Under the pieces are notes generated by a model, which did not search any database, was not told the origin of the DNA, and worked only from the letters and a program-made list of their open reading frames with translations. From Callorhinchus milii (Eukaryota): a DNA stretch of 64,000 bases. Where the stretch lies: assembly GCF_018977255.1 (NCBI RefSeq), contig NW_024704743.1, positions 30,692,001 to 30,756,000 of the forward strand. Direction: 5' to 3'. The translations under genes were made by a program, and so were the position numbers. This document shows, one piece after another, positions 48,350 through 60,654 of this stretch; the stretch's first letter is position 1, and each line of letters opens with the position of its first letter.

Positions 48350-49200
48350 CATAAAACACACTGTCCTCTTGCTTTTATTATCTTAAAGATTTCAATCAAG
48401 ACCATCCCTCAACTTCTTCAGCTTAGTATATCCAGTCTTTCAGCATAGCTCGATGCTTTCATCTCACATCTATCATACTGATGATTCATCATTGGGACTT
48501 GTTATCCACAAAGGTCAGTGTATTGTTCCTACAGTGGGCATCCCAAGAATAAACACAATATTCCAGATGAGGTCCAGCGCTTTGTATAACTGCAATTCCA
48601 CTCCTTTGCTTTCATATTGCAAACCTTCCATAATAAACTCCAGAATCCAGTTTACATTTTTGATTACTTTGTGCACACCAACTTTTATGCACATGTAATG
48701 CTAAATGGGTGCCATCCTGGCTCAGTTGGTAGCATCCTCAACTCTTAGTCAGTTGAGGATTGCGAGTTGAAGCCCCAAATCAGGACTTTGAACTCACGTG
48801 GTCAAGACTAATACTCCAGTACATTGCTGGGGAGAGGTACCAATCTTCAGTTGAGACATTAACCAAGGAGGATGTTAAAGTTCCCATACCATCATTTCAA
48901 AAGAGAAGGGAGTTTCTCCCGGTTTCCTGGTCAACAATTCAGTCCTGACCAATAAAATTGGTCATTCACTTCATGATTGTTTGTGGAAATTGGTGTTACC
49001 AAACAGCTGATACATTTGCCTACAAAGTACTCAGTCACTACATTTTACAGTAAATCTGTAAAGTGCTTTGAGATGTCCTCCTGACATGAAAGACAACATA
49101 TCAAATGTTATATGGTCTCCATTTAGACCTCATTCTGTGCATCGCTCCTACGTTCAAAACTCACTACTTCACACTTGGCTACATTGAAGTCTAATTTGTA
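48350..49200 (-). mobile_element. Decayed CR1 ORF2 (RT C-terminal) split by a DeuSINE
   Basis: Minus strand FNVAKCEVV near 49150-49190, then VIKNVNWILEFIMEGLQYESKGVELQLYKAL near 48575-48670. Confidence 0.75.
48708..49112 (+). mobile_element. Full-length DeuSINE
   Basis: CTGGCTCAGTTGGTAGCA head; AAGAGAAGGGAGTTTCTCCCGG; tail. Confidence 0.88.
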
Positions 49201-50004
49201 GACCAGATTAACAGATTAGAAAATAGCTAATGTGGGAAAGTGGAGCATGAGAGAATGTTTGTCTGAGGATCAGGTGGACTATTCGCGCAAAAAGCACAAT
49301 GCTCAATATCTGCCTTGTGCTGTGCCCGTCTTGGGAGTATTAGAAGCAGTCACTGGATGTTTGAAAGATTTTTAAAAATCTACTGTCCTATGCCCCTCAT
49401 CTTGATGAGCAAAACAAATACTTTGAGGCAATTAAAAGGCAGAACATGTATCAAACAATGGTTGGTGCTCTTGTACCAGGAGTGAACTGCAGCACCAGCT
49501 GCACCATCCCATCTCCTCTGTTTACAAGAATGTACAGTCTTAATGAGACTGCCCCTTTAATGGTGAGAAATGGAACTGAAAAGTGCAGAGATATTACTGC
49601 TGGAAAGTTAATTTTATTCCCACAGTCTCCGGACCACACAAGTGATATGTTATGAATTGCATTATAAGTTTCTCATGTGTATTGTATAATGAGCAAGCAA
49701 CTGAAGACTGGATTTGTGGTACGAATAATAAGTGCCTGATACGTGAAAGGCATTAACAGTCAGTAAATGTCTATCACAACGTCTTCCAAACCAAACAGAA
49801 TGAATCCAAGTTCAGCAGCACCGTGGACCAGGCAAAGGAATCCAGTCAGGAACACACAGAAAGTTGGGAGGGTCTGATTAGTCATCGTTGACTGTGGAAA
49901 TAATTACCACATAAGAAACTTTCAATGCTGGTCTGCACTGTATCAGGGTCAGGCCCAGATACAGTAGGCACCAAGCTTAGGTTACACAAGATATCTAAAA
50001 GCTA

Positions 50005-50180
50005 GCAGCAACAACAAGAGAAAATTACATTTGTATAGCGCATTTCAGATCAGGAGGACGTCCCAAGACCTTGGACAGTCAGGGATCTGCACATGAGCTG
50101 GTGGTTAGCATCAGGAAGGGTGGAGGGCGGGGAGAGTACGGGTAGGAGTAGGGTAGGAGAAGGTACGAAGGTCAAAGAGG
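50005..50180 (-). mobile_element. L2 family A 3' UTR
   Basis: CAGGAGGACGTCCCAAG..GGACAGTCAGG. Confidence 0.8.
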
Positions 50181-50239
50181 CAATAGTACTATTTGAGCTC
50201 TAGTGACTACACACCATATTCCCGACCAACAATTTATTT

Positions 50240-50372
50240 TCATTTTTTTTTCAAAAACAATTTCCTGCTCGCTTGAAGGTGTCAGACTCGATGCTGGGGT
50301 TATGGTTCCACAACCACCAGACAATCTCCAGTAACTCAACCAAGTGACCATTCTTCATGTGTGAGCCTGGAC
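50240..50372 (-). mobile_element. AmnSINE2-like SINE 3' part
   Basis: TGAAGGTG..GACTCGATGCTGGGG..GGTTCCAC..CCAAGTGACCATTCTTCATGTGTGAGCCTGGACAGT. Confidence 0.75.
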
Positions 50373-50844
50373 AGTCCTCATAAAGCTTAAGATCACAAGA
50401 TCAGTAAGCATTCATCCTGACAAGATAGGCGCTACATCAAAAGCAAGGATTATTATTACTGAATCTGTCATGAAATACTTCATTTTCTAAATATTTTTGA
50501 AGACTGACGATGAGCATGAGCCCTTGCCCATGCCCCTGAGCCCTTGCCTATGACCCTTGCCCATGCCCCACAGTAATGGTTGAGCCAGGAGGTTTTTATA
50601 CTTCTACATTGTTGTTTTCGATCACATGGTTCCAGTCTAACTTTACATGATTCCGGTTTAACTCAATAGGTATCACATGAAGTGACACTCAACCACCAGA
50701 AAATGGTTTTGGACCCAACAATTGCACAGAACTCATGGGCAGGGAGTATTTGCACTCAAAACCTATCTTCAGAAGTTTATTTGAAAAATGTGACACTTGG
50801 TAACAAATTAAATAATATATTCAGTAGTTAATGAAGTCTTTTTT

Positions 50845-51100
50845 GAAAAAACTCGCATGTTTACCCCATGAAGGAAATAGACAAGTTGGATGGGGAACAT
50901 CTCTTCCCGCTTGTAGGGGGATCTAAAACAAAGATATTTTAGTTAAATTACAGTTACGCTGGTTAGAAAAGATATCCGAAAACATTTGACCCCACAAAAA
51001 GTTTGGCGAACATGGAATGTACTGTCCTTGAAGTTGTAGATGCAGAATCAATTGGGACATTTAGAAGAAAGATCAATAGATACTTGGCAAATAAGGTTAC
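50845..51100 (+). mobile_element. CR1 ORF2 3' end (appears to resume at ~52405-52485)
   Basis: MKEIDKLDGEHLFPLVGGSKT; EVVDAESIGTFRRKINRYL. Confidence 0.85.
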
Positions 51101-51940
51101 TACAACAACAACAACAACAACAACAACAAGATTCCATTTATTGAGCGCCTTTCACGTCGGGAGGACGTCCCAAGGTGCTGTACAGTTGGGTCAGGACCCG
51201 AGCATTGGGGGGAAATGGTAAGGGTGAGGGGAGGGAATGGAGGGAGCGAGGAGGGGGTAGAGAGTCGAGAGGGGAGCTGAAGGCACGGTCAAAGAGAAAG
51301 TTCTTGAGACCGGCCTTGAAGGAGGAAAGGGAGGAGGCGGCGAAGGCACTGGGGGATAGAGTTCCAGAGCCTAGGGGCTGAGAGGCTAAAGGCCCGGCCA
51401 CCGATAGTAGGGCGGTTGGGGCGGGGGATGTGGAGCAGACCGGAGCCAGAGGAACGGAGGGTACAGACGGGTAGGTAGGGGGATAGTAGGTCGGAGAGGT
51501 AGGAGGGAGCAAGGCCGTGAATGGCCTTGTAGGTGAGGGTGAGGATCTTGAATTTGATCCTCTGGGGATGGGGAGCCAGTGGAGGCGAGCGAGGGTGGGA
51601 GTGATGTGGTCGCGAAGCCTGGTGCGGGACAGTACACGAGCTGCAGAGTTCTGAATGATCTGCAGCTTGTGGAGGGAGGTGGCGGGAAGGCCGGCGAGGA
51701 GAGAGTTCTCATAGTCCAGCCTTGAGGTGATAAAGGCGTGGACCAGGGTTTCAGCAGTGTGAGGGGTGAGGTAGTGCCGTAGTCTGGCGACATTCCGGAG
51801 GTGATGGAAGGCGGTGCCAGTTGTGGCGCGGATATGGGGGAGAAAGGACAGCTCAGGGTCGAACAGAACCCCGAGGTTCCTGACCGGCTTTGAGAGGTGG
51901 AGAGTGCAGCTTTGGATGCTGATGCTGTCAGCGCCTGAAA
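51101..51940 (-). mobile_element. Young L2 family A, 5'-truncated (~840 bp)
   Basis: Long (CAA)n tail, CpG-rich, ORF2 motifs FHHLRNVARLR, SRLDY, LQIIQNSAAR, LHWLP. Confidence 0.95.
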
Positions 51941-52409
51941 TTCAAATGCCCAACTTTGCCGGTCTCGCCAGCTCCACCGTCCACAAAATCCAGCTGCACC
52001 AAAACTCCACTGACCGCATACTCACCAGTACTAAACTCCATCCCCTCATCACTGTAGTTCTAGCTCCACAGGCTCTCTATTGCCGAATGGATTGATTTCA
52101 AGATCCTCATGCTCATTTTCAAATCCCTTCATGCTCTGGCATCTCCTCACCAGTCCGACCTGCTTACTCCCCAACTCTGTTCCACCAACGGTGGCCAGTA
52201 CACCCCAAAACTCTGGAACACTCTTCCTCTATCCCTCTGTCTTGCCCCATCCTTTCCCATCTTAAGGACGCGCCTGAAGACCTTCCTCTTGAACCGTGTC
52301 CATGGTCACCTCCCCCTTCCCATGGCTCAGTATCGTGCTCTGCCACTGTCGTGCACTCTGGGATACTATTCTACATGCTGGGCACTATATAATTGCAAGT
52401 AATTGTTAC
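51941..52409 (+). mobile_element. L2 family B 3' fragment
   Basis: FKSLHALA..PKLWNTLPLSL..LKTFL (ORF 52109..52402) plus tail. Confidence 0.9.
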
Positions 52410-53244
52410 CAAGGTATATAGAGAAAAAGCCTTAAAAATACCCGTCAGAGTCTAATAAAATGGCCTATACCTGTATTATGTTCCAACCAGGTGTTTTATA
52501 CTGTATCTCAGTAAAACTAGTCACTATGAAAAGTGGGACCATAATGTGATGCCAAACTAAGAGTTTACTTTGCTGGAACACATGGGAAACCAGGAGGTCT
52601 GTGGACACTTTATATCCTCTTAGCAGGGTGGCCACCAACGCACAGAACCCTTCCTCTATTTAATCGTAACCACATAGACACACACAAACACAACAAAGAA
52701 AACTTCTCATAAAAAGACCAAACATATAAAAAAAACTCCAATGTTACCATATCCAATTAATTTCCTAACAGTAGCTGGCACTCTGACCATCATCTGGCGA
52801 TGAAATGTTGGGAAGCAAGTTCTTGGTGGTTTCAGTGAAAAAATATACCTTGCGACTGCTTTTTATTCAGAAATCTCTCAATAACGAGCATCCCACCACC
52901 CATATCCCCATTGTATTGCATTCAAAGGAAAGATTAGTTTGATGTGATTTCCCATTGCCGCTTAAGAAGCTACAAATCTGCCATCATTTGGAGAAGCATC
53001 GTTCAAGTCTGCAGCATTGAGAAGTCTTTAACCATGAGCTGGTTAAATTGTTAACAGTTTGTTTAAAAGTGAACAGATATAAACACACCTGGTTGAAAAG
53101 ACATGATGGCTTCACCATCACATCCTCCTCAGTTTAGACATGTTTAACCAGCACTCCTCCCCCATCATTAACCTTCAGCTATGTATTTGCTTTGTGCTTC
53201 AGATTGCTCAAGAAATAGACACACATGTCTTCTCTTTCTCTCTG

Positions 53245-53650
53245 CCCTCCTGTAATTCTTATTTCTCTTCTCCACAGGTGCAAACTTGTGCTGGAGTATA
53301 GTAACGCAGGTTTCATCCACACTGCGCTCTTCAAGTCTTCATGTGTGGGATAGAAGAGTACAGTCAAGCTCTTAACTGCAGAGAGCATCGCAATCAAGTC
53401 TGACCCGGGTATTACTTGAGGTCCAAACATGTGTGCTTTCCAGCAGGAGGCACTATATAGAGATCAAGAACCCAGTCTGATTTTTAAGTTCCTTCGTCAG
53501 AGGTACATCAAACAATCAGAGCACACCAATTGCTGTACCAGCCAAGATCAGCTAACTCACCGTTCAGTGAGGTCTAACTTGTGACCTTTGTGGGCTGTAT
53601 GGCTCAAGACCAACAGTGGCCAACACATTTATTGAGTGAGCAGCAGGGAC
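53245..53650 (-). mobile_element. AmnSINE2-like SINE, near full length
   Basis: TCTTCATGTGTG..TTTCCAGCAGG..CTGATTTTT..CCAATTG..AGATCAGCTAACTCA. Confidence 0.7.
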
Positions 53651-54350
53651 TTCACAGGGTTTCTGATCGGGAAACCATGTGAAATATAGCATGGAAAGAA
53701 ACCTGGAAGCTGCACTCAAACGTGCCCCTCCTCTGAGTCTCTGACTGTTTGGAAGGAGTGAATAGAAACTGGGTGATTTTTTCCAAGCTAACCACAACAC
53801 ATCAGGTTCCTTTTCCCACTGAGCATTCCACAGCGTCTCAGTGTGTGGTGTCCTGGAGGAAGATGAGCTTCAGTGTGTGCTCTCTCGCTCTGAATCCTAT
53901 TAGGTGGCAAGATGTTGCTATCATTAATTTATAACATTTATGTTCTGGGCTGTTGCAAGAGCAGGAAACAGCGGAACTGCAGCTGCACCTTGAAAAACAA
54001 GCTTACAGCAGATCTCATGATGGCACTTTGCCCAATCACATCTGGGTTATAAGCATAAGTTATTAAATCTGTGTAAGCATCCTGTGCCTGGAAATAAATA
54101 TAGAGCTTGCGTCGTCGTTTCAATGGCTTCAGAGTAAAAATCACCAGAAAGATGCTTCCTGAGGCAGACTTAAAAGACTTTGCCAGAGTAGTATACAGGC
54201 CGATTCTGCTGTTTTACAGGTTTTAACCTGTAAAGACCCCAGATCTATTGAGGGCATCTTGATGGTTGTCAAAGACGGTGCTTAACACACAAAAATACCA
54301 TGGCACTGTGCCAGTCTGACAGACATGATTGTGCTTTTTAAATGACAGGG

Positions 54351-54620
54351 AAAATGCTATTTTGAAATCAACTTAACCTACATATGCAAATGAGATCAAA
54401 TTAGCCTAATATATTAATATGTAAAAGTATAATTATACCGTCAGCTTTATTGGAATCACTGTTTCACAAAAAGTTTTCTAATTAACCTCATTTGCATATG
54501 TAAATTATCATTAGCACAATTCATTCATACGGCATAACTAATTACACCTCCCACTTTTTGATTCAAGACATTTTCCTTATTAACCTAATTTGTGTATGTA
54601 AATAGGTCTAAACAGCATTT
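54351..54620. mobile_element. Inverted-repeat element carrying octamer motifs
   Basis: TACATATGCAAATGAG (54379-54394) / CTCATTTGCATATGTA (54487-54502); outer AAAATGCT/AGCATTTT. Confidence 0.55.
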
Positions 54621-55034
54621 TAGTATAACAATTATTCTCTTTTAAGTTTGATACAATGGAAACGCAAGAAGCTTTCAGTCACTGTAGATCATCAGTTTAT
54701 AGCTAACCCATTTATGTATATGGATCAAAACTGATTCATACAGCCTCTATTGGTATATCCATATCCGGGTTTGTAACGTCAAGTTTTAGACTTTTAAAAA
54801 TTTCCAAAGTTCCGAGTCTACTTCAAATGGGAAGAGCCAGAACTACTGAACCTTTAATCCAGCAATCGTTCTTCAGAACACATTGAGATCTTTTTAACTT
54901 TTGAGTTGCCTACCCCCTCCCCCCAAACTCCCTTCCCCCCACCCCACCGATTCCCATTCCATCTCTGTAACGCTCTTTGAGACATTTCACAATGTGAAAG
55001 AAGCTGTATGAGTGTGTATTATAATAATCAGAAT

Positions 55035-55205
55035 ATTAATCCCCCAACCAAAAAACAATTTGGTCACTCAAACCATGACTGTTTGTGGGACACTGCTGTG
55101 TGGCAATTGACTTCCATGTTTTTCCCACAGAATACACAGTCAATCCACTTTACAATATATTCTGTGAAGCGCTTCGAGATGGCTCAAATGCAATGATTAT
55201 TATTA
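55035..55205 (+). mobile_element. SINE Deu 3' part and tail
   Basis: CATGACTGTTTGTGGGACACTGCTGTG..TCTGTGAAGCGCTT. Confidence 0.8.
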
Positions 55206-55494
55206 GTAGCAGTAGTAGTGACTGACCGTGGTCGGTCATTGGAGATCATATTTCATAGTCTTGGGACACTGGAATTCAGGGAGAGATCAAGCAAATAATA
55301 GTTGATAACAGAAGAATAGTTCTTGCATCTGATAGTCTGCTTATTAATGCTGAAACGTCTTAAAGCACTTCACAGGTCATTGATGTCAAATGCAGTGACT
55401 GTTTGTAGGGAATTCCCTTCAACTGAGGTTAGCGGTCTCACTCTTCAGTATCAAAAAGATACAACACTGTTGTAGTCTTCCTTTACAATGACGA

Positions 55495-55590
55495 GAACAA
55501 CAAAGTTAAATTTGTATTATGTACAAATGTGCACATCGGGAGGACATCCCAAGGCGCTGGACAATCAGTGTTTTGGACCTGAACTGGGGA
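55495..55590 (-). mobile_element. L2 family A tail
   Basis: CACATCGGGAGGACATCCCAAGGCGCTGGACAATCAG. Confidence 0.85.
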
Positions 55591-56199
55591 CCATGATCCA
55601 TTTCGTAGAAAATGTTGGATCGTTTCCACTGCGGGTGAAGATGCCAGTGACCACTCTTGATCTTGTACTTTGCCCCACTACCTGGCAAAATCATGGCGAG
55701 GCTCAAGTCACCTGCTGCCTGAGCTGGTACAACTGGCACAGTCTAATGGATGGCATAACAGACGGAATGGGCTGAATGGGCCATTCCTGTCACTGAGTTA
55801 CTATGGCTAAGGCAGCTGCTGAGCTGGCAGGACATCTGAACAGTAAATTCTCCTGCATGTGCAAACAGCTATGTATGGAGTCATATACCAAACATATACT
55901 AAGTTTGTTGTGCTTGGATTGAGAGGCTGAGTGAACTGCCAGGCTTGCCGTTGGGTCAGATTTCTAAAAGCAGGTGTTGCTCGAAAATTCTCATGTTCCT
56001 AAGATTTAAAACCATAGCCTTAACCTTTCAAAATCATCCTGTATATTGGGAAATCATTAGATCTAGTCTTAAGTTTGCAAGATGGTTTTGCACAGATCTT
56101 CCACAGGGGTAAGAGAATTCTGCTGAGCAGGAAAGACCTCTGAAGTGTGTCGAAGAAACTTTTGCAAGCTTACACTGCCGCATGACTTCTTTCACATGA

Positions 56200-57620
56200 C
56201 TCCCTGTGCCCCCTTAACCTCTTAGACCTTCATGTCGCCTTTAACACCATTAATCTCTACATCCTTCTTCACTTCTTCCAAGTTCATCTCTGTGATTCTG
56301 CACATTCCTGGTTCCACTCCTACGTTTCCCAGCATCTTCCCCATCTGATGCCTTCTCCTCCCAACATTTGCAGCATTTCTGTTTTCTCTCCTCACTTTGC
56401 TCCTTTTCCTGATCTATGTACTCCCCATGGTGACATTATCCACAGGCATGGAAGTCCACTTCCATATGTATGCAGCTGACGCCCAACTCTATTACATCTC
56501 CACCATTGATTCCAAGACAACAAGGACAACTAATTACATTTGTACAAATTCTTTCACATCGGGAGGAGGTCCCAAAGTACTGGACAATCAGGGATTTGGA
56601 CCTGAGCTGGGGATGGGATCAGGAGGGGTGAAGAGCAGGGAGGGTAGGGGTAGGAGAGTGACCAAAGGTGGAATCAAAGAAGAGGGCCTTGACATGTGCC
56701 TTGAAGGAGGCAAGGGAGGGAGCAAGCCAAAGGGATGGAGTTCCAAAGAGTGGGTGCAGAGAGGTTGAAGGCCCGACCACCAATGGTGAGGTGGGCTGTG
56801 TGGGGGATATGGAGCAGGCTGGAGCCTGCTGTTCTGATGATATTGACAAATATCAATTCCTGGATGAGATTCAACTTTTTCCAACTTAATGTCGACAATA
56901 CAGGGCATCCACCTCCTACCTCTAACACTGTCCTATTGATCACTCCAAGTAAAGAGGCCTGTGAGGTACCTCGGTGGTTTGTTTAAGTTTCAACTTTCCT
57001 TCAAAGCTTTCATGAGGGTCCCAACCAAGTCTGCTTTCTTCTATCTCCGTATTCCCACCTGCCTCAGTCACCCCAATGCAGACTTCATTCATGCCTTACA
57101 TTCCTCCAGGCTTGACTTCTCCAATGCCCTGCTCATCAGCCTCCACTGTTCTACTTTCCATAAGCTCCAGATCATCCAGATCTCAGCAGACAGCATTCAC
57201 TCCCACATAAAGCTCCTCCAGCCAATGACTCCCATTCTTGCCAGGCTCCACTGGTTGCCTCTCTCCACTGGATCAAGCTTAAAATCCTCAACTTTATCTT
57301 CAAACAACCCTATGGCCTTGCTCGACCTGACCTCTGCAGTTTCCTGTGGTCCATTCGAACTGACCACTACCAACACTCCCCCAACTGTTCCATCCACAAG
57401 TGGAGCAAGTTTTCAGCCCCTTTGCCCCCATCCTCTGGAACTCCATCCACCTTGCTCCCTCCTTCACTTTCAAAACCCATCTAAAAAACTCTTTGGTCAG
57501 GGGTTTTACCACATAGCCCTTAATTTTCCTACAAGCTTGAACTCCCACTTAGTCTCTTTAAAGCACTTTAAAACATTCTCCTACATAAAAGGTACCATAC
57601 AAGTGTAATTTGTTATTGTA
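56200..57620 (+). mobile_element. Old L2 LINE, RT domain to 3' end, frameshifted and interrupted
   Basis: LLFLIYVLP..FHMYAADAQLY (YADD box), INSWMRFNFFQLN, SRLDFSNALL..LHWLP (ORF 56961..57608). Confidence 0.88.
56517..56830 (-). mobile_element. L2 family A 3' fragment nested in the older L2
   Basis: TTTCACATCGGGAGGAGGTCCCAAAG tail; APTLWNSIP. Confidence 0.85.
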
Positions 57621-59114
57621 TCTCAAGCTTCCATTGGTTACTGCAAAACCTTTATTGGTACTTCCAACCATCCCCAAGGTAGATTTCCCTCAACTTTGAA
57701 GAGACCAAGCAAATTGTGCTCTCTGAACATTAGCTAAGTGGACTTTGCTCTGGAGGAACTGAAAAGTGACAATGTTCTGTTGGAGAGCACTTATGTATTA
57801 TCCGTAGTCTGCTTTCAACATGTCCACTTTCATTGTAAAGGGTCACGGACAAAATGGATCAAATCATACTATCCAACAGTGGGAGGAAATGAGGATCTGA
57901 AGCTAATTCAAACTGTCACCACACAAACAGTGTCACTTTCATTATGTAAATAGAGCTCAGGGTCCAATCAAGAGTGGGCCTATGACCCATCATGTCATTA
58001 CCCTTACAATTTATCAAACTAGGTCATGCTGTCTCATTACATTTTCCATCTGTGTTCTCCCAATTGAATCGCTTTTTTCCTTTCTATTTGCTACAAAAAC
58101 TTCCACTTTTACAATTTCTCCATCTCCATCTCCTCCCTTTGAAAAATATACATAACTGACCCCCTGCTGTGATATAGCCTCGGGTTAGTGCACTGATGGA
58201 AAAAGTTGAAATGCTTTAAGCACAAATTTGTCAGGCAGACCTTCATTGCATCGCAATTTCACTTCTCCCTCCACACGGAGCATAATTCAACCCCCTGCTG
58301 CACTCAATGATCCAGACTGAGTAACTGTATGGATTAGTCAATGAATTGGAAGAATTCTTCTGGGGGTGTGGAGGCGGGGAGGAAAGAGTAGGGCTCTGTA
58401 ACACACAGACATCTCCTACAATCAGCCTCTGCGCTGCTCTTCCATCTCTAACCAAAGGTTAAATTCATTAAAACAGTGTCATCTATGTAATTAAAGTCCC
58501 CTCTAACATCAGTATGAAGGACTCAACTTTCTGTTGATCCGCAGCCCAGAATGTTTTTTTTTAAAAAAGAGAAGCAATTAGGTCAATCCCTTTAATGGAT
58601 AACAATGATGGCCTTTCAAAAAAAAACATATTTTAATTAAATCGAAAGGCATTCCTTTTTCAATGAGAACGTTCTGCCATGATTCACTTAATTTCTGCCA
58701 TACGTATTTACACAAATACTGTCAGGCTGGAAGCAAATGGGTCATCATAACATTGAGACTCGTATGAAAGCATTAAGCAAAAGCAACGTTGCGTAGTGGA
58801 CAGAATACTGAGAGCCAGGGTTTACCATGTATAAATCAATCAAAATTCTATTCCAGATAATACTTCAGCATAACTAAAATACAATTCAGACAAGGGCTCC
58901 CCTGCTGTAGTACACAGCAATGAGGAGGCAGAATGTGATGGGCCAATCAAATCGATTTAAATCATTTACAGGGCACAGTTCAGGTCATAGCACGTGATAT
59001 AATCTTGTAGCACTGTGCCTTGCACTTGGACAATATCGACATATCCTGGAGAGTCCTGCATTTTTGCTTGGGACTGATCGATTCATTTTTTATTCTTAAC
59101 AAGTAAATTGTACC

Positions 59115-59176
59115 AGTGTCTTGGGACGTCCTCCCAATGTGAAAGGCGCTGTATAAATGCAATTTGTTGTTGTTGC
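59115..59176 (+). mobile_element. L2 family A tail
   Basis: TTGGGACGTCCTCCCAATGTGAAAGGCGCT..(TTG)n. Confidence 0.85.
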
Positions 59177-60654
59177 ACCAGAACATGGCTGCTGCTGAAT
59201 CTTCACTGCTCCCTTCAGTCAGGGCCAGCTGTCTCCAATCCAGGACACAGACCAGGGCCCACTAATTCCAATACAGGACACAAACAGGGATCTTCTACAC
59301 TCAATCCAGGGATTGTTCCACAAATACACCCTGAGGAATTGAGCATGCTGCCTCTTTTATGCTGCTGGTTCCTAACCAGGCCACTCTGCATCCAACTTCT
59401 AACAACTTGTTACCAATACCAATCCATGAAGCATAAGCACATGTCAAATTTGTGTACTAGCACAAATCAGGGTGACTAGAATGGACAGTGCTGGCTGAAT
59501 TCAATGGTTCGGTACAGAAGATGCAAAGAAGATTCTTATTCCTTTTTACTTTATCACATTTTACCTCTTTTTTTTGTCCATTTCTCAAAATTTAATTTGC
59601 GGACATTACTGGCACAGATTAGCTGTGAAACATTTACTTGACTTCTAATCAATTATAATTGATACAGAGCTTTCTGATGTGTTTTTTTTAATGTGAAAGG
59701 TGCTGCATAAATCTAAGTTTTATCAGGATTATTACAGGTATGACTCTTAATCTGGTCACTGTTTGTACTGTGTTGTGTTCAAATTCATTCTAGCATCAAA
59801 TCAACTTGAGACTAGGTTCATTTTAAACAGTGACAAAGCAGAGTTCACTGTGTTTAAATGAATCATCAGATGTCAGTTCTGGGTTTTATCTGACCCTCAT
59901 TGAATAATCAATGCAAACAGGATATAACAAGTCAATTCTCCTCTCTTCCTGGGCTCAGTAATAGTCACTGTAAGAGCATGCCCCACTTATGGAATAAATT
60001 AAACTACCAATGCTTCAGGATAGCTTTTTGTCAGGAGAAATCTATTCGTTTTGTTGGGCTTACAAGATTTCTGAACATGTGAGATTTTCAGATGATTCAT
60101 TTTGGTGAAAAACTCTTTAAAACCTATTTGAATCCAGGTTTGAATAAAGGTTGATGTGTTTGAACTGAATCAGAAGCATTAACAGAGTGATACCGTACTT
60201 TCAAACATAGCATTTTAAGTCATCCACTTAGAGTAGTTTGCCTTAGGCAAAGTTTGTTAACATTACCATCATGAGTCTACCACTGATTACCCAAATCAGT
60301 TTTTCAAAAACCTACTAAACCCAATTAATGCAAATCTACTCCTCTACTCGTTTCCATGGCCTATGAGTTACAGTACTATTTTTGATTTTCTAGGATTTCC
60401 CATTTTCAAGCGACCATACTGAGTAAATTGCATCTTGCTGCAAGCTGCCGTCTAAGCCTATTTCCTCCACACCTTACTGTAGAGTGACAGGATATGGTCC
60501 ATTAATACCTGGTCCAGAAATACTGCAGAGTGATGTGGGACAGGCAGGATTGAGGATGCAATCAAGTAAGCACTACTTATAAGTAACTCAATATCCCTCA
60601 AGAGAAATGAAAGATAGATAACAAAGCATATTACTTCTTTAATATTGATTTCAA

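Noticed and set aside
54007..54087. 81-nt in-phase exon candidate AQDAYTDL..MRSA with AG/GTAAGC sites
   Set aside because: Nucleotides resemble the CR1 FTQRVINLWN..VIEA region and no partner exons were found; RNA-seq would be needed to exclude it fully
56961..57608. Longest ORF (215 aa)
   Set aside because: Degenerate L2 ORF2, not a host gene
57738..57953. ORF DFALEELKSDNVLLE..
   Set aside because: Resembles CR1 GIEYKSKEVML; treated as a decayed LINE
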